Positions 37,201 to 51,149 of a DNA stretch of 64,000 nucleotides are shown here, piece after piece. This stretch comes from Octopus sinensis. Lineage: Eukaryota. Each line of letters begins with the position of its first letter. The stretch's first letter is position 1. The position numbers were made by a program, and so were the translations under genes. The notes beneath the pieces are model-generated. The model saw only the letters and a list, made by a program, of their open reading frames with translations, had not been told where the DNA came from and made no database searches. The stretch covers positions 98,456,001 through 98,520,000 of the forward strand of contig NC_042997.1 in the NCBI RefSeq assembly GCF_006345805.1, written 5' to 3'.

Positions 37201-39544
37201 CGTGTGATGTCCACTCATTTGAACCGGTTTTCCAGTTTCTATGGCGTGTATATTCTCCACTTGGACGGGATGCTGGTGCATCACTGTATTACTCAGTTTT
37301 GCCAGCTGAGTCGACTGGAGCAACGCATCGCCCGGTCCAGGAATCGAAACCACAGTCTTACGATCAAGTGTTCAACACCCTAACCACTAAGTCACGCGCC
37401 TCCACTAAAAGTAAAGTCAACTTTGAGCTCAGGACATGAAGACGAACGAAATTGCTTCCAAGCATTTTGCCGTCTTGTTAATGATTCTGCCATCCTTCTG
37501 TCTGGCTGGAGCACTGCAACGAGTGCATCAGAGGATCCTACTTTGAGAGATGTTAGAGCTTTGTATTTCTCTGATATTAATAAGTGCCTTTTCTGAAAAA
37601 GTCTGAAAACCTCTGGAATGTGTCTTGTATAATCTGAAAAGAGTTGGTGAGAGAAATGTTCCCTGTTGTACTTTATTCATGAAATTATAAGATCTATAGG
37701 TGTTATTAGTGTATTATGGCTTCACTGCCTGAGAGGTAGCTTTCTAACCCACCGATTTTTGTAACTCTTTAAGGTAGAGAGTTTAATAGTTTTTCTATGC
37801 GTGCTTAGCATAGAGTGAAGTCGAAATCTTTACCGATATCGATGCTAGATAGCATAGTTCGGGTAAGAAGATTATATTGTTGAAATTATAGATATTGTCT
37901 CAAGTTTTGAATAGTGTAATGATCAAAATACATATTGTGGTTTGGGGAGGAAGATGTAGGGATTAGTGATGTTTACAATTAGGCTTTGAAAAATATTTGT
38001 ATGAATATGTAGGAAAATGATAGACCTGTATAATATTAGTTCATTTATGTATTTGATGGATTATAGAATTATATTAATTCTGGCCAACTTTCAGATTCTT
38101 GGAAGTACCTGTGTTAGTACGTGAACTTATAAATGTTGATGAGAGTAATGATTCTAAGTGTTTAAGGTGTGATACTATTGTGATATTATGGGAAATGGAT
38201 TTTAAGATTTTAGATTTTTCTATTGCTTATTGCGAGTGGATGTAAACAACAATCAAAATTATGCTTCATATTACTGGGTTCTTTTGTGTTTTGAAACCCT
38301 GTATTTCTAATGTACGTAGTGTCGTTCCCTATTTGTATACGAACTAGAACGATGATGAGTTTATCATTAGAACAATTTTTTATGTACGCCTTAAGACTTT
38401 CCCTTGTCGTAAAAGGATGTGTTTAATCCGATTTAGTTAAAATGTTCAAAGTAGCAAATGTTCAAAGTTTTGGTAGTAAATTACTTCCTGAAATTTGGGC
38501 TTCAAATTTTCACACTAGGCCAGCAATTTCGGGGGAAGGTCTGAGTCATTTACATTGTCCTAATACTCAACTGGTATTTATTTTACCGACCTTGAAAGAT
38601 TGAATGTTAAAGTCGACCTCGGAGGAATTTGAATTCAGAACGTAAAGACAGACGAAATGCCGCTAAGCATTTTGACCGACGTGCTAACGACTCTGCCATC
38701 TAGCCACCTTATGAATTTTCAAGTGATGGTAATATCTACTGTCCTAGTTGCTAATACCGTTCATAAGGTAGTACAGAATGCTTAAATACTTTTGAATCAT
38801 GTTTACAATATTTTTTATTGTGTAGGAAGCATTCATTTTAAAATTATGTATTTTGTATGGATCTGTATTCTTGAGAATGGACAACATAACGTATGGTTTT
38901 AATCGATTTGTTGCTATCAGTGTTATTGTTATTTTCTCTGTAACGTCCTGTATATTTCCCGGATTATTTGAAAATGTTGTGGGCTTTTTGTGGGAAATCT
39001 AAAAATGTCTAAGACAATTTCATAGATATCTTAAAGGCTAATTTGTACAAATTCGAAATCAGTGTCGTTCTTTGATGGCGTTCGCGCATATAAATGTTGT
39101 AAGAAATATTTTTCTCTGTCCAATACAGATAATTCGATTGGATTCCTTCTAGCCGCGAGCATCTTGTCTTAATTGTTGGTATACTACATTTACTGTAAGT
39201 ACAGTATGGCCTAATGGTTAGATTAAGTTGTAGATTTGATTCTAAAGCGTAGCGTCATGGTCATATGCTACTCTCTGTGGCCTCACGCCAACCTTGTGAG
39301 TAAAAGCTGGGTGGGTGAAAACTTCATAGAAACTTATCCGGTGAATTATCCTTGTAACTCAAAAAGTACAGCATAGTGACAATCACGGTTTCACGCTGGT
39401 TCTGCCAGAAAATTATGCGTGACACTTGGCTGTAGAATGTTCAACAACTTAAACGCAAATTCAGGAGCTGAGTTTTAAGTTGATTAGACAACTGAAACCG
39501 CATTGTCGGGCGACAGAGATCCACTAACGCCACTACCCCTGCTT

Positions 39545-40713
39545 TATCCACCACTGGATTACACTCTCAACCAGCATCGCTTATTAAGGTCGTACTACCA
39601 TGCGGTGCGTTTTTCTTTTGTAATGCTTCCCCACCGTTCGTCGATATTTTCGGTGACTGAAACGAAGGGACAGCGTACTTAAGAGAAATTCTGTTTTCCG
39701 CTGGAAAACGGCGGCCGAACTAGTTTTCATACTTCAAAAAGTTTACAAGGGCGCTGCCATAAACAAAACACGAGTTTACGAGTGGTTTATACGCTTTAGG
39801 GATGGTGACTTCTCGTTTGAAGACCGACATCACTCAAGGCTCGCCGACCTCCCGAGCAAATGGAAGCATTATGAAAATTCATGAACTGTTCTTGGATGAC
39901 CGTCGCTGAACAATTGACGAACTTGTTGATATGAGTGACGTAACCTAGAGCTCCTGCCAACGAATTGTGAGCGAGAAATTACGAATGAAAAGAGTTGGAG
40001 CAAAATTTGTACCTCACTTGTTTATGGAAAATCCAAATCATTCAGGGTTGAATGCTTAACGTGAACTGAAAGAACAGTTGGAAGTTTTTTCGAAGGTTAT
40101 CAGTGATGATCAAGGCTGGTGCCACACTACGACCCATAAAAGAAGCAGTAATCAAGTCAATTGAAACCTTTAATGTCACCACGCCCTATAAGAGCATCAA
40201 GTGAAATCTACTGTCAAGACGATGTTGATTTGTTTCATCGATTCAAAAGGAATTGTCCCCACAGAATTTGTTCTTCTTGACTGAGACACAGTGGGACGGA
40301 AATGCGCCGATCTGTGGCAAAGTGGAGAGGGTTGGTTTCATCACGACACTCGCCTGCGCACACAGCCTTGAGTGTAAAGTAATTTTTGAAGAAAATGGCA
40401 AGACTCCGCTTATCCACTCTCCCTATTCGTCCGATCTTGCTCCCTGCGACATTTTTCTGTTCATCCGAATGAAATAAGTCCTTAAAGGCAAACTTTTTGT
40501 AGATGTGGAAGAAGTGAAGAAAAACATGACGGAGCCGTTAAAAGGCATCACTTTGCAAGAGTCCCAGCACTGCATCAAACTGTGGAAAACGCGTCTGGAC
40601 TGATGCATTGCTTCAAATGGAGAATACTTCGAAAGCGATAAAAGTGTAAACATGTAACACTAAGTGAATAGGATAATATTTCAAGAATTCCAGTTTCTTT
40701 TGGGCACTTCCGT
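39545..40713 (+). mobile_element. Mariner (Tc1/mariner) DNA transposon, degraded
   Basis: KFCF, VYEWFIRFRDG, KRVGAKFVPHL and HSPYSSDLAPCDIFLF motifs; 3' TIR ending in TA; same family as 50260-51149. Confidence 0.85.
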
Positions 40714-41402
40714 GTATTAGCCATTTTTCATACATTCTTAGGATAAGCAAACAGGAAATTACAATTGCCACCCAAGGACAAAAATTGTGTTACACAGTGT
40801 TATCTGAATAATGCTGGCGATGGTGATATTGCTATTGTTAGAGACATGTACGGTCAAAATATAGTGGATAGCATTTTATAAAGTTTTATTAGAAGGAGAG
40901 AAGAATGTTAACGGAGGGACATTCATAAATATAATTCAAAAGTTAGTGTGGCTGTTACTAAGGTGATGTTGAAGTAGTTGTGTGAGGATACTTTATTGCT
41001 AATAAAGTAAAATGTAGTACAATTCTTGTTGCTGGGTTTGAAATCAGGTTTGACATCGTTTCTTTATTACCATCAATCAATAAATATAATCTTAATATAC
41101 ATTAGTACACTTAACACTATTTTTCCGCGTACACATTTACAGATTTACATATAGACTGAGCACACACGCGCACACTGAATTCATTTACATACTAACACAT
41201 AAACGCACACACACGCACACACACAAACAGTTTCACATACAAACACACACAAACACACAGCAGTCGCGCACACGCATGCAGACGCGTGCGTGTGCATACG
41301 CAAAAGCAAATGCACACAGCCGCCGTGATTTCTACATGTATAGTGGCATTTGTAACGAAAAACATTGGATTACTCTTAAAAATCCTGCTGTTAACAATGT
41401 GC

Positions 41403-41464
<62 letters not shown>

Positions 41465-41466
41465 AT

Positions 41467-41503
<37 letters not shown>

Positions 41504-41504
41504 C

Positions 41505-41535
<31 letters not shown>

Positions 41536-41549
41536 TATATAGATGTGTG

Positions 41550-41596
<47 letters not shown>

Positions 41597-41675
41597 ATAC
41601 ATATACATAATCATACATATATATATATATATATATATACGTATATAAATAGAGGGAGAGAAAGAGAAATATAGA

Positions 41676-41709
<34 letters not shown>

Positions 41710-41879
41710 TACATATATGCACACATGCATACATGCATAGAAACCTATATACATTTACATATATCGCGCACACCATGTTTTTTTAAAATTCTAACTATTA
41801 TACCGAGGACAACGACCTCTCCAGAAATAACAAACCTACAAACACCCAAAATTAATTAGACTGGTATACCTTCACTAGA

Positions 41880-42212
41880 ACCACTACCAAAAAACTACCA
41901 CCCACACAATTACCATCACCACTGCCAACCCAACACATATACCGACATTGCAACCGCCATCTACACTATCGTAACTATAACACAAGCACCACTATTAATA
42001 GTGCTACCATTACAAGCATTTTACAACCACTATTACAACACTATAAATAACCACTACAAGCACCAGCACCACAACTACCACCACTACCACTACCATCACC
42101 AGCACCACCGTCAGCACCACTACCACTACCATCACCACCACCACTATCAACATTGCCACCACAAGCATCCACACTATCGCTATAGGTGCCACTACCGTCA
42201 TCACCTCACCTC

Positions 42213-42283
<71 letters not shown>

Positions 42284-43400
42284 CATATATATATGTGTAT
42301 ATATATACATATATATATGTGTGTGTGTATGACACCAACAAACATCGGCCTAACTCTGCATCACTACCGCCCAGGCTATAACGACAAGGGTCACCACTCT
42401 GCATCAGAACCCCCTCTACTGCCGCCGTCACCGCCACCCTCCTCCATTATACACTCAACACTAAAGTCGTCATCGACCTATTGATATTGTGTGGATATCA
42501 TCTTCACATCCAGCATCTCCAGCAGCCAACCGTGAGAGAGGTGGAAGCAGGAGTAGGAGTAGGAGTAGGAGTTATAACTGCCTCCACTATATATCCCGTT
42601 CTACCAGAACATAGCGCGCTAATGTTTGTAATATCAGCTACAGCAGCATTGACAGAAGCAGCAGCAGCAGCAGCAGCTATAGCATCATCATCATCATCAT
42701 CATTACCATTACCATTACCATCATCATTACCATTACCACTAGTAACTTCAGAACAGAAGCAACTGCACCAGCAGCATTAATAGAAGAAGAAGAAGAAGAG
42801 AAGAAGAAGAAGAAGAAGAAGAAGAAGAAGAAGAAGAAGAAGAATAAACAATAGAGAGAAGGGTCAAATACAACAGCGTCATCACCATCATCATCATCAT
42901 CGTCAACAACAAGAACGACGACAACAACAGCAATACCATCAACAACAGTAGTAACACCATCATCATCGGCAGCAGCAACAGTACAGCAGCAGCAATAAGA
43001 GAGGCATTAAAAGCAGTAACATCAGCGTCAGTTGTAACAGCATCGATAAAATCCCAATCAAAAACATCAACACAACCATAACCGCCAACACCAGCGCCCC
43101 CACCATCGATATATATTCATCATTATCGTAATCGTCGTCGTCGTCGCTGTCGTCATCATCATCATCATCATCATCACCATCACATTCATCATTGTCATCA
43201 TCATGCATCACTCTCACCCGCAGCTGCCAAACGATCATCCGTAGCAGCAACGAGGAATACGCAACCAGAACAACATAAACAACAGCAGCGGTAGCAGCAG
43301 TAGCAGCGGCAGCAGCAACGCCAACAAGAAAAAATAAAACACCAACACAACAACAACAACAACAACAACAGTGACAACAACAATAACAACACTGGAAGTA
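41880..43400. repeat. Mosaic of trinucleotide and simple repeats (CAC/CAT/CAG/GAA/CAA) upstream of the aquaporin ATG
   Basis: Direct reading; no long stop-free frame continuous with the aquaporin (in-frame TAG at 43441). Confidence 0.8.
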
Positions 43401-43521
43401 TAATAATCAGAAACGAAAAAAAAGAAAAACAGAAAAGAAATAGAAAACAGCTACAATAACGGCAGAGGCAACGTTAACCGCATCATCAGCATCAATTGTT
43501 GATTTCAGTACAGCTTCAGCT

Positions 43522-44115
43522 ATGACCGAAACTCCGTTCCGAAGCAAGCTGATGTCTCTTAAGGAGGACTTAAAGAGTCACAGTTTTTGGAAGGCTGTCC
43601 GCTGTGAATTCCTTACTACTTTGCTTTATACTTTCATCGGATGTGGTTCTTGGACGTTATGGAGACAAGAAGAGAAACGACAGATCATGGATGAGAGACG
43701 GCTCATCGAATACGAATTGAAAATAGCACTCACTTTCGGACTGGCCACCGCCACGTTGGTCCAGTGTGTGGGACATATCAGCGGTGCTCACCTGAATCCG
43801 GCCGTTACTATAGCAATGCTAGTCACGCGAAACGTCAATGTGCTAAGGGCAATTTTTTATATGACAGCACAATGCGCCGGTGCCATTACAGGCGCTGGTA
43901 TTTTATACGGATTAACCCCGTTTGAGGCGCACGGCCTACTAGGGGTTACAACGGTTCATGCCGAAATGACAAAAGGTCAGGCTTTTGGTGTAGAATTTAT
44001 GATAACGTTTATTATGGTATTTACGTTTTTTGCTAACCTTGACCCCAAACGTTCAGATATGGGCTCACGATCACTTTCTATCGGATTATCTGTTACACTT
44101 GGACAATTATTTGCA
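43522..44115 (+). CDS. AQP4: Aquaporin (MIP family, AQP4-like), first coding exon, 198 codons, TM1-TM5; rest of gene lies beyond the window
   Basis: FWKAVRCEFL, IALTFGL, GHISGAHLNPAVT (MIP signature, first NPA), AQCAGAITGAGIL, VEFMITF, SIGLSVTLGQLFA, then a phase-0 donor GCA|GTAAGT at 44116; no second-NPA exon was found downstream. Confidence 0.93.
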
Positions 44116-44304
44116 GTAAGTCTTACTACATTTTATTAATCTTCTTTCCTTCTACTATTTTGTTTGTATTTTTCCCCTTATCTTAATATCAGGCACTTCA
44201 TTTTACTGTTATTATTATTCGTCATTTCATATTGTCCTCAATGCTTTGGCTCTTGGCTCCAATAAGAGAAATCATCATCATCATCATCATCACCATCATC
44301 ATCA

Positions 44305-44368
<64 letters not shown>

Positions 44369-44379
44369 GATTATTATTA

Positions 44380-45100
44380 AGGCAGCGAGTCGACAGAACA
44401 GTTAGCACGCCGGATAAAATGGTTAGCAGCATTTCACCCATCATTATATTCTGAGTTCAAATTTCGCCAGGGTCGATTATGCTTTTCATCATTTCTGTGT
44501 CTATAAAATAAGTGATATTTGATCACCGAAGTCGATGTAATCGACTTAGCCCCTCCCACGAAATTGCTGGCCTTGTGCCAAAATTTCAAATCATTATAAT
44601 TACATTTGGGTTTTATTTTTTTACTGAAATGGCGTGCTGGCAGGATCGTTAAAGCATTGGGATTGGGAAAATTAGAGCGTCGAAAAAAAAATGCTTTTTT
44701 TCAACTAAGTCCTCACGTTCTGAGTTCAAATTTCGCCGAAGTCGACTTTACCTTTCATCCTTTCGGCGTCGATAACTTAAGTACCAGTGAAACACTAGAG
44801 TCGATGTAATTGACTAGTCCCTTTCCACCAAAGTTTCAAGACCTTGTGCCTTTAGTAGAAAATAAAAAAATATTGTTGAAGGCGGCGAGTTGGCAGAATC
44901 GCTAGCATGCCGGAAAAAACGCTTAGAAGCATTTTGTCCGTCACTATATTCTGATTTCAAATTCCGCTGAGGGCGACTTTGCTTTTCATACTTTCAGAGT
45001 CGATAAAATAAGTATCAGTTGAACACTGGGGTTTATGTTATCGACCCATTCTCTTCCCCCAAATTGCTGCCCCTGTGGCAAAATTTGAAACTATTATTAT
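44380..45100 (+). mobile_element. Cluster of three tandem SINEs (family B) after an (ATT)n tract
   Basis: Units at ~44380, 44630 and 44880, each with CTGA(G/T)TTCAAATT, CTTTCATCCTTTC..GTCGATAA..TAAGTACCAG-like and C(T/C)TGTG(C/G)C motifs. Confidence 0.8.
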
Positions 45101-45174
45101 TGTTGTCGTTGTTGTTGTTATAATATTGTTGTTACTGTCTTGTAATTGCTGTTTTCTGCGGGTGCTGCTGCCAT

Positions 45175-45213
<39 letters not shown>

Positions 45214-45241
45214 GTTATATATCTGTGTGCGTATGAGTGTT

Positions 45242-45297
<56 letters not shown>

Positions 45298-45358
45298 AAC
45301 GCACGCGTGCGCGCGGACACACAGACACACACACACACAAGCAAATATAAAACGGTGG

Positions 45359-45391
<33 letters not shown>

Positions 45392-45756
45392 ATTGACAGG
45401 AGATAGAGAGAGATACACTGTCCACTTCTGAAAAATCAACAAACCTATCAGTAGTCCATGTGTATAAGACAGTAGGTAAATCAACAGCGTCCGTCAGCCG
45501 TGCACGAACACATTCTATTGTTTATTTACCTGTATTCAATTAATATTTGCGGAAAAAACACTTATCTAGAACCAATTGTTGTTTCATATCTCTCGACTAT
45601 TTAATTGTTCTGAGTCAGATATTAAATTTGAAAGCGATGTTTTATTCATATTCTCTTTACACAGCCGCAGTAACTATTGTATTATAGTATATATTCTGAT
45701 AGCTCGTTTTATATTTCTTATTCCAACATGATATCTGTGACTACATTTACAAATAA

Positions 45757-45796
<40 letters not shown>

Positions 45797-46678
45797 AGAT
45801 GAAAATAACGACTATTATTTACGATGCTTAGTTCATGTTGGGGTCATGTTTGTCAATGTCTATTTTATACACTTACAATTAAATATTTAACCATTCTAAA
45901 AATATTAGTTAACTTGATTAACGACAGAAGAAACACACGCGCGTGCATATAAACATTTCTTTATATACATATGAATATATGCTTATCTATACGTGTATTC
46001 ATACTCACTAACACAAAACATAGGTAGACACACACAGTCACTCACTTACGCTCACATACACAGATCGACACACACACAGTCGCATAAACATACACACATA
46101 CAACATGTAGGTATGTATAATCGCAACGCAGGATTCATAACAGTCTGGTCACTCTCTCCTTTCTCTACTCCAGGTATTGTAGAGGGAAACAGGTTACCTA
46201 TTTTGCACGATACATACAATGCAACCTAATAAAGCGCATTTATATATTCTGTAGTAAAATATTTGACAAGGTCACGCTATCAAAACGCATATGTGTACAC
46301 AAACCAACGAACATACCTGTTTATGTGTACAGAAGGAAGTGTCTGTGTATATACGTATGTAGATGCATGTGTCATTATTCAGTTTTAGTTCAAATTTTCT
46401 TGTCAATAGAGAAAGAGCCGGTTTCTAACCTAGATCCAAGGCTTCCTCATTGGAATCTCAACATCAACAACAGGGTATTTTTTATGTATGTATGCATGTA
46501 TTTTTGTATGTATGTATGTATGTATGTATGTATGTATGTATGTATGTATGTATGTATAAATATATATTCACTATATAAATATATACATTTATATAAACAT
46601 ACATAAATACATTTAAACGTATAAGTATGAATATATGTATGTATATAGGTATCTATGTGTACATATGGATGTGTGTAT

Positions 46679-46733
<55 letters not shown>

Positions 46734-46866
46734 TGCATACACATATATGCATACACAGAACCATATATATATACATACATATATATATATATATCTTCCC
46801 AGCTGTCTATGTATCAATATATCTAACCATCTAATATATATTATGTGTGTGTTTGTGTGTGCAAGT

Positions 46867-46931
<65 letters not shown>

Positions 46932-47059
46932 TTTGTGTTCTAATTCTTATTTGATGCATGCTCAATCTTAAATTCCTAACGTTATAACTTCATGAATGGT
47001 TTCGTTGTTCTTTAATGATTTCAGTATCTATAATTAGGAATTCAGCATATATATTTATG

Positions 47060-47094
47060 TTTTTGAATTTGTCTCTTCCTATCTGCAGGTAAGC
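47060..47094 (+). promoter_or_regulatory. Juxtaposed splice acceptor and donor (candidate recursive splice site) in the aquaporin intron
   Basis: TTTTTGAATTTGTCTCTTCCTATCTGCAG|GTAAGC, junction 47088/47089, same strand as the gene. Confidence 0.4.
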
Positions 47095-47510
47095 ACAAAT
47101 ACGACCTCAAATATTTGACTACTTGTGAACACGTACACACAAGAATCGCAAACACACTGTTTGTATTCGTACAGTAGTTTTAAAACCAGACAGCTCCGGC
47201 CTTGTTAAGACATGAATATCGTAGTGACAATCATCTCCCGTGCTTATTGTTAGTGTTGTTGTTGAGCGCCAGATTTGATTGGATAGACCAGTGCTGAAAA
47301 TGGGTTCCCGCCATGACCATGCAGTCTATTTATGTATCACGTACAAAATTGTCCAACGTGCTTTTCCATTTTTTTGAAAATAGTGGCGTATAGTTCAAGT
47401 AATTAGGTTGCTATTTTCTACGAACAGATTAACAACGTAATGGATCTTTTTATAATTAGCAGAATAATTTTCTTTTCTTCTTTGTTTGTTTGTTTGTTTG
47501 TTTCTTTCAT

Positions 47511-47609
<99 letters not shown>

Positions 47610-47989
47610 GTCTGTCTATCTATTTACATGTCACGCTGTTTGTCTCTGAGTTTATTTTTCTATCTCTCTCTTCCTCCCTCTCTTTATGTATGTATGTATG
47701 TATGTATGTATGTATGTATGTATGTATGTATGTATGTATGTATCTATGTATGTATGTATTTATGTATGTATGTAAGTTTGTACTTATTAGTATATATGTG
47801 TATATTTATGTGTGCATGCCTGTGTGTGTACACGCGCTTGCGCGCATGCAATTGCGTATGTGCAATTGCGCCCACTAGTTTCAATTTATCTGAGATAGAC
47901 CTAAAAAATTTGAACGTAGTTACGATCATTCGCTAATGTGTACATGACAATGGGTATGACATTTATGAGAAAATCATTTGTTGTCATCT

Positions 47990-50030
47990 CTCAGGCACCA
48001 GGCAATGTGCCGTTCTTTAAAATCTTCTGCAGAATGAATATGCGTTGTTGGGGAGGCATGAAAGCATCGGCTCGGTGCGCATTTCTTCTGCTCATCACGC
48101 CATTGGGTCCAGTTTAGTTGTTTTTCTACTTTTGTAGAGCACCTAAATGTTGGTTCGATTAAAGAGGTTAATTTCATTAAAAAGATGAAATGTATGATGT
48201 TTTGAGAAATGTTACCTCATTAGATAGGGGAAGTAAATTGCAACACTGGATTTTCACTAGTGTTGTATGCTGGGGTAGACAATACGATTAGTACTTTCAA
48301 TGTGCCCCAAGGCGGTTGCTAAATCCTTTTGCCGGGTACTTTAATCTTCAATGGGTATCGACTAGGTTTTAGAGAACACTTTAGTACACTGCAGTTCTGT
48401 TGAAGATGGTTGTGTTGGGCGATTATGTACAATTAGTGCTTATTGGAACATGTATGATGATGTCGGTAGCTGTTTGGATTGTGTGTAAACTGATAATTGA
48501 TACAGATTTGTTCTATCAAACGACCTTGATATTCCAACTTTAGTTTAAGATGACACCTGAGAAGTTTGTCCTTGTTACGTTCTCTTCGGCTGTTACCCTC
48601 AGATTAAATTTATTGAATATTATAGATTTTTCTTCCTCAAGAATATCAGCTGCGCATCCATTACACTGTTTGAAAGTATGAGTCCCTCATCCCTATATAG
48701 GCCCACGCTAATTTCTTTAAAACAGCTCCGAATTTCCTAGACTAGGAACAAGCTTTTCAAATCGCATAATTAGGCTCATGTCTGCTTATGGTAATATAAA
48801 AATAACCTCATTCTGTTTTCACCAAGCATGCATTCTTTATAATAAAGAATAAACATTCTGGGATCTATCTATCTGAATATATCACCCAAGGTAGAAAACT
48901 GGTGATTTTTAAAAGAAAATTTTTGCTGATGGAAGATAAACAAACAGGCGCAGGAGTGGCTGTGTGGTAAGTAGCTTGCTAACTAACCACATGGTTCCGG
49001 GTTCAGTCCCACTGCGTGGCATCTTGGGCAAGTGTCTTCTGCTATAGCCCCGGGCCGACCAATGCCTTGTGAGTGGATTTGGTAGACGGAAACTGAAAGA
49101 AGCCTGTCGTATATATGTTTATATATATATGTATGTGTGTGTTTGTGTGTCTGTGTTTGTCCCCCTAGCATTGCTTGACAACCGATGCTGGTGTGTTTAC
49201 GTCCCCGTCACTTAGCGGTTTGGCAAAAGAGACCGATAGAATAAGTACTGGGCTTACAAAGAATAAGTCCCGGGGTCGATTTGCTCGACTAAAAAGGTGG
49301 TGCTCCAGCATGGCCGCTGTCAAATGACTGAAACAAGTAAAAGAGTAAAAGAGTAAAAGAGTAAACAATTGCATGAAATTGGATAAATGTACATATAGTT
49401 TTATCTTGACGCAGCTGAACCACGTAATGAATGCCGGTTCAAGTATTTAAATTCGTAGACTGCTCTCTGTAAGCGTTCACTCTGTTTTCCTAATCGCTGT
49501 TCAGTTAGCAATTTCAGTATTATATGAGGACTTTTCTATGAGAAGACCTCGTCTCACAGCCTCCTCTATTCTTAGCGAAAAGGAGGCTCTACTTAGGCCT
49601 AAGAATACTTCCCACGGCACAAAATAGTCGGTTAGCGATGGGGGAGAAAAAAGAGAGAGACAGGGAAAGAGAGATACACAGACACGCAAGGAAAAAATAA
49701 AATGATAGAAGATTCGATCCCTGTAATTGATTGCTATTTAGTTTATCGACACATCAAGCAAAGTTGATCTCAGAGTGACTTCATCATAATGAAGAGTCAC
49801 TTTAGTTTATGATGACACCTGAGAAGTTTGTCCTTGTTACGTTCTCTTCGGCTGTTACCTTCAGATTAAATTTATTGAATATTATAGATTTTTCTTCGTC
49901 AAGAATATCAGCTGCGCAAGCGATTTTGCAGATAACGCAAACGATTTTGTCCCACAAACTAACGGCTCTTCCCGTTTTTACTGTAACTAAGCTCGAATGA
50001 ATATATTGCAGACAAATTTATGTAGGTTTA
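47990..50030 (-). pseudogene. Highly degraded PLE remnant(s), interrupted by a SINE; 118-bp duplication
   Basis: 48538-48655 matches 49800-49917; the minus strand reads IFNKFNLRVTAEENVTRTNFSGVILN, resembling the PLE RT NFLD.TLNL region. Confidence 0.5.
48947..49362 (+). mobile_element. Full-length tRNA-derived SINE (family A) with LINE-derived tail
   Basis: A-box TGGCTGTGTGG, B-box GGTTCAGTCCC, CTTGGGCAAGTGTCTT core-like segment, internal (TA/TG)n, (GTAAAAGA)n tail; partial copies at 21583-21800(-), 23860-24090(+), 26740-27150(+), 31610-31770(-). Confidence 0.9.
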
Positions 50031-50101
50031 ATGAGAATTCATATATATATACATGCATAATTCATACATATACATACATATATATTTACATACAAACACA
50101 A

Positions 50102-50209
<108 letters not shown>

Positions 50210-50259
50210 TGTATGTATGTATGTATGTATGTATGTATATATAAATGTGTGTGTGTATA

Positions 50260-51149
50260 CGAAGGAGCAAAAAGTAACCGGAAACGTTCTCCTTGGCACA
50301 TACCCGTTGTAGTTCAGGCTTCCGCTGCTAGAAGCCTCTTGATGCAATTTTCAGGCATCAGTCTGCCGACCGGCATCATCCACTTGCATCGTGCTACCAC
50401 GTGGTGCGTCTTTGTTTTACCATGCTTTTTCCCGTTATTTTCGATGGCTGAAACGAAGGAACAGACAGTGTGTCTTCATGCAATTCTGTTTTCCGCTAGA
50501 GAAAACGGCGTTCAAATCAGGTTGTTATGCTTCAAACAGCTTATAAGGACGCTGCCATGAGCAAAACACAAGTTTAGGAGTGGTTTCCACGCTTTGGGAA
50601 TGGTCACTTCTTGCTTGAAGACCAACCTCGTTCAGGATGACTGTCGACCTCCTGAATGAATGAAAACATCATGAAAATTCATGGACTAATATTGGAGGAC
50701 CGTCATCGAACAAGTGACTAACTTGTTGACATGGCTAGTGTGTCCTGGAGTTCCTCCTAAAGAATTTTGAGCGAGGAATTGCGAATGAAAAGAGTTGGGG
50801 CAAATGTGTACCCCGATTGCTCACGAAAGATCAAAAGCAGTTAGGACTGAATGCGTGTCATGAACTAAAGGAACTGTTGGAAGATGATCCGGGCATTTTT
50901 TCGAAGGTCATCAATGATGACGAAAGCTGGTGCTATGGAATTTGTAGATGTGAAGAAATAAAAAAAAAAAAAACGACGGAGGCTTCACAAGGCATCATTT
51001 CGCAAGTGTTCCAGCACTTCTTGGAATAGTGGAAAACGCGCCTGGATTGATACATTGCTTCAAATGGAGAATGCTTAGAAGGCGATAAAACTGTAAACAG
51101 TGAATAAAATAATATTACAAAATTCCGGTTCATTGGGTATACTCCCTCG
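50260..51149 (+). mobile_element. Internally deleted mariner with imperfect TIRs and TA target duplication
   Basis: TA|CGAAGGAG...AACCGGAA at the 5' end and TTCCGGTT...CTCCCTCG|TA at the 3' end; FSKVINDDESWCYG motif. Confidence 0.85.

Noticed and set aside
37560-39200. Possible very old PLE remnant on the minus strand (similarly 1780-3250 and 61300-61900)
   Set aside because: Only vague motif echoes; cannot be supported without a translated search
42001-43392. His-rich and Ala/Ser-rich ORFs as an N-terminal extension of the aquaporin
   Set aside because: Trinucleotide repeat artefacts; an in-frame TAG at 43441 separates them from the ATG
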